NCBI GenBank assembly: GCA_963775465.1 | Contig: CAVZIW010000004.1 | Location: 96,001-160,000 of the forward strand | Reading direction: 5' to 3' | DNA from: Candidatus Bathyarchaeota archaeon | GTDB taxonomy: Archaea; Thermoproteota; Bathyarchaeia; Bathyarchaeales; Bathycorpusculaceae | DNA length: 64,000 bases | Shown here: one piece after another, positions 47,810 through 56,420 of the stretch | How positions within the stretch are numbered: position 1 is the stretch's first letter | Layout: the number at the start of each line of letters is the position of its first letter | The notes under the pieces: generated by a model | Databases searched by the model: none | What the model saw: only the letters and a program-made list of their open reading frames with translations | What the model was told of the DNA's origin: nothing | Program-made: the position numbers and the translations under genes

Positions 47810-48658
47810 TTAGTTTGTTTCTTTGGATATTTTTTTAGCGAGTGCGTACCCGATTGGAATCAACATTATTGCGAGTGCAATAGCAAAAGCCCAAGAAATG
47901 TTAGCAATGACATTTGTGACACCTGGAAAAGTGGCGAAAATTGCGCCAGCGCCTATAATCAAGAATATGCTGTATAGTACGAATTTTGCGTAGCCTGCAA
48001 CTGTTTTGAATTCTGCGTGATCTTCAGTAATCGACTGGATCAATGTGTCAGTTAAGGCAATACCAGCACCGATAATTACGAAGCCAAGTATTAATGGATA
48101 GATTGTGTTGCCTGAAAGCAGCATTGTATCGAGAGCGAGTAGTATTATGAATGCTATTAGTCCAATTAGAAGCAAGTTCTTTAGCATATCGGCAATTTCT
48201 ACTTTGGCTTCTGGGAACATAGGTCGTAGCATTTTACCAATGAATGTTGCTAGAAAATCTACGAATACTGTTCCAAAGACGATTATCAGTATACCTCCGA
48301 GAAGTCTTGGCAAATAGTCAGCTATTGAACTAAGATATCCACCGAAAGTTCCTCCGATGTTCAGGACTTGAATGGCCAGTATTATTGATAGTATTACAAT
48401 GAATGCTTTAGTTACTGCTCCGATAAAGTTAGATAGGTCAAGACCAGCAGCCCTGAAAGATTTTCCAGTTACTGTTTGGTCAAAGCTTTTTTCCATCCCT
48501 AATTTTTCAACTATTTTGTTTACTGCTTTGCCAACGAAAGTTCCGACAAACCATCCAATTATAATGATTATGATTGCAGCGATCACAGCAGGAAGGGCAT
48601 TGACTATATCCGTCGCGACATTACTAAAAACTTCAACTATGTCAACCAAGAATATCAC
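47810..48658 (-). CDS. Conserved TM-helix-repeat membrane protein (MscS-associated/CmpX-like)
   Basis: Repeated LPAVIAAIIIIIIGW and YLPRLLGGILIIVFG helices. Confidence 0.7.
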   Translation of the reverse strand: MIFLVDIVEVFSNVATDIVNALPAVIAAIIIIIIGWFVGTFVGKAVNKIVEKLGMEKSFDQTVTGKSFRAAGLDLSNFIGAVTKAFIVILSIILAIQVLNIGGTFGGYLSSIADYLPRLLGGILIIVFGTVFVDFLATFIGKMLRPMFPEAKVEIADMLKNLLLIGLIAFIILLALDTMLLSGNTIYPLILGFVIIGAGIALTDTLIQSITEDHAEFKTVAGYAKFVLYSIFLIIGAGAIFATFPGVTNVIANISWAFAIALAIMLIPIGYALAKKISKETN

Positions 48659-48851
48659 TAATCTCTTATTTGTATAGATTATTATTAAAAGTTATCCATT
48701 TGATAAAAAGCGTGATTAGTAATTTTTTTGCTATTATCGTTATACGCATTCATAGCAGAAGAAAGCAATATTTTATCAACATTTCTGAATCTCCTCTCCA
48801 ACGTTAACAAGGTACAAGATAGATTTTTAAAGCGAGTTTGATGAACTAATA

Positions 48852-50123
48852 ATGTACATTTCTAAGGAGACGCTGTTAATGAGGAAAAATCCAAGTTTAA
48901 TTTCTTCGAATGAAGCCTCCAAATATTTACAAGATATTGCTATTGCAGATATCCTTGTAGGCATGCCCTCCTACAACAACGTAATCACAGCAAACTACGT
49001 AGTATCTCAGATAGTCAAGGGATTAGATACCTACTTCCCAGACTACAAGTCAGTAGTTTTCGTATCAGACGGGGGTTCTGGAGACCAAACACTAACTTCA
49101 GTTAGAAAAATCGACATTAAATCAACCAACGTCAAACTAATTCCAACTATATATATCGGAGCTTCCGGAAAAGGAACAGCTGTTCAAGCTATTTTTGAAG
49201 CGGCCAGGTACCTTCAAGTGAAGAGTGTTGCGCTTGTTGATTCAGATCTGCGGAGTATAACGCCTGAATGGATGAAACTGTTGATTGAACCCACATTAAC
49301 TGGAACAGATTTTGTAGCGCCTTTGTATAATCGAAGCAAATATGACGGAACCATTACAAACTTTCTGTGTTACCCTTTAACCGTTGCGCTTTTCGGGAAG
49401 AATGTTAGGCAGCCAATAGGTGGAGATTTCGGATTGTCATTACCTTTAGTGGAGGAGATTTTGGAGTCTTCGATGTGGAATTATTCTTACGTTAGCCGTT
49501 TTGGAATCGACATTTTTGAGACCCACACGGCATTGGCAAAGGGGTTTAAGGTTAAAGAGGCAAGGTTAGGTGTAAAAGAGCATGACCCAAAAGACCCCTC
49601 CAGCCAGTTAGCAGGCATGTTTAGACAAGTAACGGGTACATTGTTCAAATGTATTGAGAAATACGAGCCAATTTGGAAAAAAATCAATGGTGTATCTGAG
49701 ACTGAGAAAATTGGCGAAGATACATCGAACGGCATTCCCAAAGCAGTCGAGGTTTCTCTACCCAACACGATAAAGGCATTTAGAGCCAACTATGAAAATT
49801 ATGCACCCACTTTTAGGTCACTATTAAGCAAAGACATTACATCCAAGTTTGAACAATTAAAGAGTCTTGAAACATCAAACGTTGACTTTCCCTCGGAGGT
49901 TTGGGCTAACACCGTCTACACATTTATCGCAGAATTTCACAAAGAGAAAGACACTAGAGCAGCACTACTGTTGCTAGATGCGCTACGAATTTTATGGATC
50001 GGAAGAGTCGCTGCTTTCATCAAAGATACGTGGAACCTTGAGCGAGACCAAGCAGAAGAAAAAGTTCTACAAGAGGCAAAAGTTTTCACATCATTAAAAC
50101 CCAATCTCGTTGATGTGTATTAG
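48852..50123 (+). CDS. Glucosylglycerate-synthase-like glycosyltransferase, paralog 2
   Basis: Same motifs as 43510..44745 (VKSVALVDSDLRSITPEWMKLLI and KYDGTITNFLCYP identical). Confidence 0.72.
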   Translation: MYISKETLLMRKNPSLISSNEASKYLQDIAIADILVGMPSYNNVITANYVVSQIVKGLDTYFPDYKSVVFVSDGGSGDQTLTSVRKIDIKSTNVKLIPTIYIGASGKGTAVQAIFEAARYLQVKSVALVDSDLRSITPEWMKLLIEPTLTGTDFVAPLYNRSKYDGTITNFLCYPLTVALFGKNVRQPIGGDFGLSLPLVEEILESSMWNYSYVSRFGIDIFETHTALAKGFKVKEARLGVKEHDPKDPSSQLAGMFRQVTGTLFKCIEKYEPIWKKINGVSETEKIGEDTSNGIPKAVEVSLPNTIKAFRANYENYAPTFRSLLSKDITSKFEQLKSLETSNVDFPSEVWANTVYTFIAEFHKEKDTRAALLLLDALRILWIGRVAAFIKDTWNLERDQAEEKVLQEAKVFTSLKPNLVDVY

Positions 50124-50202
50124 CATAAATTTCAAGATTAGCTATGGCTGAGATTAATTTTGGCTGAGAACGTGGTTTTTAAAGATTTGGATAGGATAAG
50201 AA

Positions 50203-51144
50203 ATGCAAGAAGCAATCAAGACACTATTGAACACAGATAATGAAGCATTAATAGCGTTTACCAAACGGAATTTGCTTGAGAAAGAAGTGGATATCGAAGA
50301 ATTATGGACCTTGCCAAGAGTGAAAAAAATATTGAAAGCCCAACAATCCAATGGTTCATGGATCTATCCAAACAAGAAAGCAGCGTTGCGTTCACCCACA
50401 AACTATGACCAATACCAAACATACAAGACGATAGCCGAACTGGTGGAATTCTACGGACTAAATAGTAAACATGAAGCAATAAGAAAAGCAGCTGATTATC
50501 TATTTTCATTTCAAACCGAAGAAGGAGAATTCAGAGGTATGTACGGAAACCAGTACAGCCCCAATTACAGTGCGAGCATTACGGAATTTTTAATAAGAGC
50601 CGGATATGGCAACGATATAAGAATCGAAAAATCACTCAGTTGGTTGCTTGGAATGAGGCAGTACGATGGAGGATGGGCTATTCCTCTGAGAACCAGAAAC
50701 AGAGAATTGGAAGCTCTGAAAGAGGAAGACACAATTGAGCCAGATAAAACCAAACCGTTCTCTCACTTAGTTACAGGTATTGTGCTAAGACCATTTTCAT
50801 TAATGCCTCGGTTCAGAACAAAAGTAAAAGATGCAGGAATACTATTAGCAGATAGAGTCTTCACCAGAGACAAATACTCTGATAGAAGAGGCGTTGAGTA
50901 CTGGACAAAATTCACTTTTCCATATCATTGGACAGACCTACTGTCAACAATAGATGCATTGACGCTTCTTGGAATCAATAATCACCCAAAAATCAACGAA
51001 ATAACAAAGTGGTTTGAGAGGCACAAACAAAACAACGGAATATACAAAGTAAATGTGATGGCGGGAGCTAAGTACAAGGATGTCAAGTACTGGATAACCT
51101 TACATTATTCATATGTGCTTAAGAGAATGATTCAACAAAGATAG
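50203..51144 (+). CDS. Alpha/alpha-barrel protein with prenyltransferase/squalene-cyclase-like QxxxGxW repeats
   Basis: AQQSNGSW, FQTEEGEF, MRQYDGGW and KQNNGIY repeats. Confidence 0.65.
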   Translation: MQEAIKTLLNTDNEALIAFTKRNLLEKEVDIEELWTLPRVKKILKAQQSNGSWIYPNKKAALRSPTNYDQYQTYKTIAELVEFYGLNSKHEAIRKAADYLFSFQTEEGEFRGMYGNQYSPNYSASITEFLIRAGYGNDIRIEKSLSWLLGMRQYDGGWAIPLRTRNRELEALKEEDTIEPDKTKPFSHLVTGIVLRPFSLMPRFRTKVKDAGILLADRVFTRDKYSDRRGVEYWTKFTFPYHWTDLLSTIDALTLLGINNHPKINEITKWFERHKQNNGIYKVNVMAGAKYKDVKYWITLHYSYVLKRMIQQR

Positions 51145-51270
51145 CTGGAAATTTTTTACTTTGCCCAAGCTTTCAGAATGATCCTTTTGGTTTTTGAAGA
51201 ATAAAATATTCGGACTACAACTGCAGGTCCGTTAAAAAAACGCACTTCCATAAACTCTCAGCTTATTTTA

Positions 51271-53352
51271 TCATATTAGAGGCGGGGGATATGTTGTCAA
51301 GATCATATCTCTCCCTATTACTCCGTCAGTTCCAGGACCTGAATATTTTGCTTTTGAGTGAAAAAGAGTTACGAAAGAGTCGAAACCATTTCCTTCTATT
51401 AAGACCTTTACGCCAGAAGGCATAACGGATTTTGTGACAGAAGTTTTGAGCCTACTATAGCCTTCAAATAGTAAGCCCGCAGGTGGGAGAATATATTTGG
51501 GAGGAAACAAAGGTATCGACACAGTCCAGCCCGCGAACAGAGTATTGCCATGTATTTGAACTTGTAACTGGTCCTTTTTTAGTAATTGGCAGTTTTGTGC
51601 GGCAGGAGTACCACTGTAATAATTGTTTTTTCGCCATTCGACACTTTTAGAGTTATCTCCAACCACTGCAACGGGTACATAAGCGTGACCTTTTGGTGTT
51701 TCAAGCCACAGGTAGACTTGGAACCAATCTTCGACACCGAAAGAGGATTGCTTGTTGCAATGATAAAAAACCATGATCATATCTGGTACACCAAGACAGT
51801 TTGGTGTGTGAATGACTGCAGAAGCCATACTTCCATAAACCTTTACCATGTCTTTTGAAGGATTTCTGGCGAGGATTCTTTTGGCGTTTATTATTTTGTT
51901 TAGAATGTATTCTGACGTTACAGCCCCACCCTTTTCGTCGATGTCAACTATCATCTTTCTATAAGGGCTGCCTTTTCTCGACATAGAGTATTCATTATCA
52001 TTTACGGGAATATTTGAGGGTGCAGGGGGTCTTGTTATTTCTTCAAGCGTTATTGCAGTTGGCACTCGAGCATTCTTCCAAAGATCGTTTAGCATTTTCT
52101 TTGTCTTGTCTACGTATTCAAAATCGTCAGTGTAGAAAGCATTTTCAAATGAAAGATCATTTCCTTTATCGTTCAGCGTAGGGTTCTTAAACTGAAAAAG
52201 ATGTTGGCTGTCAACAATTGTTGTTCTAAAGTAATTATTTGGTATATGCTTCACTTTATGATGCTTTGCCAACTGGATTGCAGCGTCCAAGTTGTCTTTG
52301 GTTATCGGGGCCATAATTTTTATTGATACATCTTTAGCAATTTCTGTGAGTAGAAAAGGCGCGTTTCTGAAATAATCCAAAAGCCCTTCAGACGAGGTTA
52401 ACATTATGATTTCTTGGTTGGCTTCATTCATTTTTTCATAGTACTTCTTCTCTGCTACTTTGGCGTCGTTTATAATGCAGGTTTTTGGTGCTGGTTTGCC
52501 ACTTTTAATCTCGCTTATTTTCCTTCCGATATCTATTGATTTAGACCAGAATTCTTCAAACAGAGAGGAAAAGGCGATTGTCAGTGTTTTGCTATTCGTC
52601 CAAAGACAGGTCCCTTCTCTCTCGGTTGTCAGGTCCTCTTCTTTTGTGATGAAAAAAAGGGCTTCGTTGTCGTCTTTTATTATCACGCGGTTGGTGAGTT
52701 TTAAACCTAAATCGGGGGTTCTGACTTCAAAATTTGAATTCTTTAATTGATTTTTCAGTAGCCAACTCTCTATTAAAGTTGCGTTATGCTCAGATATTTC
52801 GGTTAGACATTTGAACTTAATGTCTCTTTCTAATGAATGCTTTAGAGCAGTATCTATAACTCCAAATTGATCAGCACGAAACAAACTGGGAATTGTAGTA
52901 ATTGCTAAGAGTTGTCTTTCTGTTTCTCGTATCATCTGCTGAATTTTTGAGAAAATATAGTTTCTACCTTCTAAAACCATAAATTTTGAAGTTGGTGAAG
53001 CATAATCTTCAACAGACAGTGCTTTCCAATCAGAGAGAATTTTACTCTTTTTTCGCTTCAAAAGTTTAGCTTCTTCCATCTTCACTTCTACGAACAAGTC
53101 AACTATTCTTTCTATCGATAATGCAGAAAAGCGTGCAGGTCGCTCCATAGTAACGCTGAGCACACCTTTTTTTTCCAGTTTTTTGAGAATAGGGTAGAGC
53201 GTCTGTTTTTGAATCTTCAAGATTTTAGATATATTGACGGCTTTTTGGGGACCTTTCTTAGCGAGAAGCACGTATACATTAGCTTCAAGTGGTGAAAATC
53301 CGAGATTTTCAAGAGCTTCCAGTATTTTATTTGGAGGCATAATATCCACCAA
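51271..53352 (-). CDS. Long TrmB-family regulator (HTH, two effector-like domains and an unassigned C-terminal domain)
   Basis: LGFSPLEANVYVLLAKKGP..., ERPARFSA; two LLAIT/IIMLTS..KIM..IVD repeats; about 250 aa extra C-terminus. Confidence 0.8.
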   Translation of the reverse strand: MVDIMPPNKILEALENLGFSPLEANVYVLLAKKGPQKAVNISKILKIQKQTLYPILKKLEKKGVLSVTMERPARFSALSIERIVDLFVEVKMEEAKLLKRKKSKILSDWKALSVEDYASPTSKFMVLEGRNYIFSKIQQMIRETERQLLAITTIPSLFRADQFGVIDTALKHSLERDIKFKCLTEISEHNATLIESWLLKNQLKNSNFEVRTPDLGLKLTNRVIIKDDNEALFFITKEEDLTTEREGTCLWTNSKTLTIAFSSLFEEFWSKSIDIGRKISEIKSGKPAPKTCIINDAKVAEKKYYEKMNEANQEIIMLTSSEGLLDYFRNAPFLLTEIAKDVSIKIMAPITKDNLDAAIQLAKHHKVKHIPNNYFRTTIVDSQHLFQFKNPTLNDKGNDLSFENAFYTDDFEYVDKTKKMLNDLWKNARVPTAITLEEITRPPAPSNIPVNDNEYSMSRKGSPYRKMIVDIDEKGGAVTSEYILNKIINAKRILARNPSKDMVKVYGSMASAVIHTPNCLGVPDMIMVFYHCNKQSSFGVEDWFQVYLWLETPKGHAYVPVAVVGDNSKSVEWRKNNYYSGTPAAQNCQLLKKDQLQVQIHGNTLFAGWTVSIPLFPPKYILPPAGLLFEGYSRLKTSVTKSVMPSGVKVLIEGNGFDSFVTLFHSKAKYSGPGTDGVIGRDMILTTYPPPLI

Positions 53353-53447
53353 TCACTTTGAAGTTATTATGGAAACTAAATAAAATAATATTTTCCAATA
53401 AAACCTTGAAGTGGTATAAATATTTTGGTCTTTTTAGATTTGTAATT

Positions 53448-53762
53448 TCAATTAATCTTAAAAAGCTCTTTTGTTGAGTCCACTTTTTGTGCTTGCTCAA
53501 TCTTGGTTTTGATTATCAAATCTAAAATTACTTCCAGTGGTACTGCAGAAAAGGTGGCGGGCCGTTCGGTGTTTACTTTTACCATGTTTTGATCTTGAAG
53601 CCTTTTTAGAATACGGTAAAGTTGTCCCTTTGTTAACTCCAAAGAATACGCCAATTCTTTTACTTGTTTAGATCCATTTTTCTCAAGGAAAACATAGACT
53701 TCAGCACCTATTTTTTTAACACCAAAATCTTCAAGGACTTTAACTATATGCTCTCGAATCAA
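53448..53762 (-). CDS. Short TrmB-family HTH protein (DNA-binding domain only)
   Basis: AEVYVFLEKNG..., QLYRILKRLQ, ERPATFSAVP. Confidence 0.78.
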   Translation of the reverse strand: MIREHIVKVLEDFGVKKIGAEVYVFLEKNGSKQVKELAYSLELTKGQLYRILKRLQDQNMVKVNTERPATFSAVPLEVILDLIIKTKIEQAQKVDSTKELFKIN

Positions 53763-53842
53763 TTTGTCGACATCCGATATTTTCTTAAAACTTCAAAAAA
53801 AGGAAATCGGGATTGATTTTATTGGTCATTTAGTTTTTTTCT

Positions 53843-54421
53843 CTAGGAGACTATGGTTGTTGTTGTCCACCACCAGTCAAAGAAGAACGTATAGCCTTCA
53901 ACAGACACCCATTTGATGTTCAAGTTACCATCTACAGGGAACAATTTTGCTGTATCCCATGTTTCAAAACTGAATTCATTGATGTTATAGTCCCAATTCA
54001 ATTTAGCAATGCCTTTAAGAGTCCCAGATCCGTACGGACCATTATCAAGTACAAGCGTGTATTGATAAATACCATATCCAATACCAATACTAATAGAATT
54101 AGGAATTTCAACGTGCATTATGCTGTATACTGTCTTAAAAAAGAGCCTACCTGCCCCCAATGGACCATTATAGTCACACTGTCGTAGGTTTCCATGGGCG
54201 ATTCTAATTGTTCCCTCACAGACATATTTTTCTGAACCAGGCTCTAAGTCTTTCATATTGGTCATAGTCGGCGGATCTACGAACGGGGTTGCAGTAAATT
54301 TATCAACAGCAGATGATCTACACGTTTGCTTTGCTGAGACGGGGGTTATTCCAAAAATCGAAACGATCAGCATAGCTATCATAAGAATAATAACAGCTGA
54401 ACTCATAACTTTCTTGTTCAA
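53843..54421 (-). CDS. Secreted hypothetical beta-rich protein
   Basis: Signal peptide MNKK..(hydrophobic)..PVSA; GGAGGTG RBS upstream. Confidence 0.7.
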   Translation of the reverse strand: MNKKVMSSAVIILMIAMLIVSIFGITPVSAKQTCRSSAVDKFTATPFVDPPTMTNMKDLEPGSEKYVCEGTIRIAHGNLRQCDYNGPLGAGRLFFKTVYSIMHVEIPNSISIGIGYGIYQYTLVLDNGPYGSGTLKGIAKLNWDYNINEFSFETWDTAKLFPVDGNLNIKWVSVEGYTFFFDWWWTTTTIVS

Positions 54422-55124
54422 TTATTCACCTCCGTCTACTGAAATTGTTTCAAGAATTTCCTAAGCAAACAATCGATTTATTTTCTAGTCAGTCAAGTCA
54501 CGGACTGACCAACTTCTCTCAGAGTGCTCTCCACTTTGTCTCGTGTTTGAGCCAAACCCACGTTGGGATAAAGTGGTACCTAAATTGAAATTATCTGTAT
54601 CTATTCTGACGTCCAAGTTCACAGCTTCTCGGTCAGAGTATGCCAACGGAAAATAGACAACGATCTTGTTCAAAATTTTAGGTTGATCCGCCGAGTATTT
54701 TCGCGGAATCGGCGTCGCGACTAGAACGATTTGACAAGTATGAATCACGATGTCCAAACAAATCGGACAAGCCAACCGTCGAATCCAAAGTAACATGAAA
54801 AATAAAAAAGCTAACATCGGCACCTCCACAAACGTGCCATCATCGCCGCCATGCCTCCGATCTCCGCTATTTCTTTTTCCCCATACACCCAGTACAATAA
54901 CCGCCAACAAGTATGCCGACCCATACGAGTCAGGAACTTGATAATACAATATACATCAAAACTCTCTCAAAAGGTAAAAAGAGAAAATGATTTTCATAAA
55001 AAGTATACCTGTTCCTCGGCGCGACGGCGTATCCGATTGTCGTAATTTCAAACGGTCATCATACTTTTGCTACGGGGAGCGCTTAAATCTAGGCATACAT
55101 AATCATATATATGAGGAATCAAGG

Positions 55125-55382
55125 ATGGCAACGAAGAAACAAACCTTGCTTTATATCGATATTGAAGTAACTAAAAAAGCGAAGGATTTAGGCTTAAATC
55201 TTTCTAAAGTATCTGAAAACGCCTTAAAAGAGGCAATATGCCGCCTAGAAGGCATGAATTCTGAAACAGGGTGCCAAGATGACACACATTGCAACGAAAA
55301 CGCGGGGCATTGGTGGCGGGGGTGGGACTTGAACCCACGAAGGCCTGCGCCAGAGGATCTTAAGTCCTCCTCCATATCTTAG
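55125..55382 (+). CDS. RHH/CcdA-like domain ORF reading antisense into tRNA-Leu; candidate N-terminal fragment of a split (SSV/pTN3-type) integrase
   Basis: QTLLYID..V.KKAKDLGLNLSKVSENALKEAI RHH signature; frame continues as WWRGWDLNPRR across the tRNA 3' exon and stops in the intron. Confidence 0.55.
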   Translation: MATKKQTLLYIDIEVTKKAKDLGLNLSKVSENALKEAICRLEGMNSETGCQDDTHCNENAGHWWRGWDLNPRRPAPEDLKSSSIS

Positions 55383-55429
55383 GTGTAGAGATCTGGCCAC
55401 CTATTTAGACCTGGCTCGGATACCCCGCC
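55311..55429 (-). tRNA. tRNA-Leu(TAA) with a 31-nt D-arm intron (55374..55404); CCA encoded
   Basis: GGCGGGG/CCCCGCC-ACCA acceptor, GAGGA-CTTAAGA-TCCTC anticodon arm, long variable arm, GTGGG-TTCAAGT-CCCAC T arm; BHB motif at intron ends. Confidence 0.92.
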
Positions 55430-55575
55430 ACCAGCACCGATACATCTGCGCGCTATTGTTTAAGTTTTTTGATGTTTTGTGCGTAGTCCAACGGTGTCAA
55501 TATATCGTTTTTTTTTGAAAAACTAATGTGAAATTAACTGCGAAAGCATCTATATCAATTAATTGACACTGGGAC

Positions 55576-56412
55576 TTAAAGTGAAGAATATTCAAGTGTT
55601 TTTAACATGCTGCCTGAACGAAAACCTTCCAAATCAAATGTTATATAATCGAAACCCAGACTTTTCAACGCTACCACAATTCTGTCTACAACCTCCATAT
55701 CGAAAAAGAGCCCGCGTTGGTCTTTGGAAATTTCTATACGCGCTAAACCGTTATGGTCTCTGACTCTTAGATGACTCACTGGCACAATCTGTTTTATGGC
55801 TTGTTCTGCTTTTTCGATGCGCTGGAGTTTTTCAGCGGTAATTTTCTCATTGAAAGGTATCCTAGATGCTAAACACGCCAAAGCAGGTTTGTCGTGTACA
55901 CTAAGACCCATCTGTTTAGCTAATTGACGAATCTCGTTTTTAACGAAACCGGTAATCATCCAAGGACTGTACACATCTTTAGATTCTAAAACTGCTCTAA
56001 AACCTGGTCGGTGGTCTTTTAGATCGCTAAAGTTTGTGCCTTCGAAAACTGCTTGGAATCCAAGTTTATGTGCAAACTCAACTAGAGTTTGGAGAAGCTC
56101 CTTCTTGCAAAAATAGCATCTGTTCTCGGGGTTTTTGATGAATTCCGGGTTGTGTAATTCGTTTGTTTTCACAATGTGCAGTTTGATGCCGATGTTTTTG
56201 GCTGTTATTTTGGCATCCTGTAATTCTTCAGAAGTGTAAGTAGGAGACGCAGCGATGATCGCTACTACTTTTTTGTCCCCTAAAACTTCGTGAGCGACCG
56301 CAGAAAGAGTTGAGCTGTCCACGCCGCCTGAGAAAGCAATAGCAACTCCATTCTTTCCTTTTTCTGCGATAAATTTTCTGAGTCTTTCTAATTTGACGTT
56401 TAGATCTGACAT
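55576..56412 (-). CDS. larE: NPN-cofactor sulfur transferase LarE
   Basis: AFSGGVDSS PP-loop, RCYFCKK, DHRPG, ACLASRIP, RVRDH. Confidence 0.93.
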   Translation of the reverse strand: MSDLNVKLERLRKFIAEKGKNGVAIAFSGGVDSSTLSAVAHEVLGDKKVVAIIAASPTYTSEELQDAKITAKNIGIKLHIVKTNELHNPEFIKNPENRCYFCKKELLQTLVEFAHKLGFQAVFEGTNFSDLKDHRPGFRAVLESKDVYSPWMITGFVKNEIRQLAKQMGLSVHDKPALACLASRIPFNEKITAEKLQRIEKAEQAIKQIVPVSHLRVRDHNGLARIEISKDQRGLFFDMEVVDRIVVALKSLGFDYITFDLEGFRSGSMLKTLEYSSL

Positions 56413-56420
56413 TTTTTCAC

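Noticed and set aside
50203-51144. Squalene-hopene/terpene cyclase
   Set aside because: Only 313 aa, with QW-like repeats but no DxDD catalytic motif
55125-55382. Functional CcdAB/VapBC toxin-antitoxin pair
   Set aside because: No toxin ORF on either side, and the ORF runs into the tRNA
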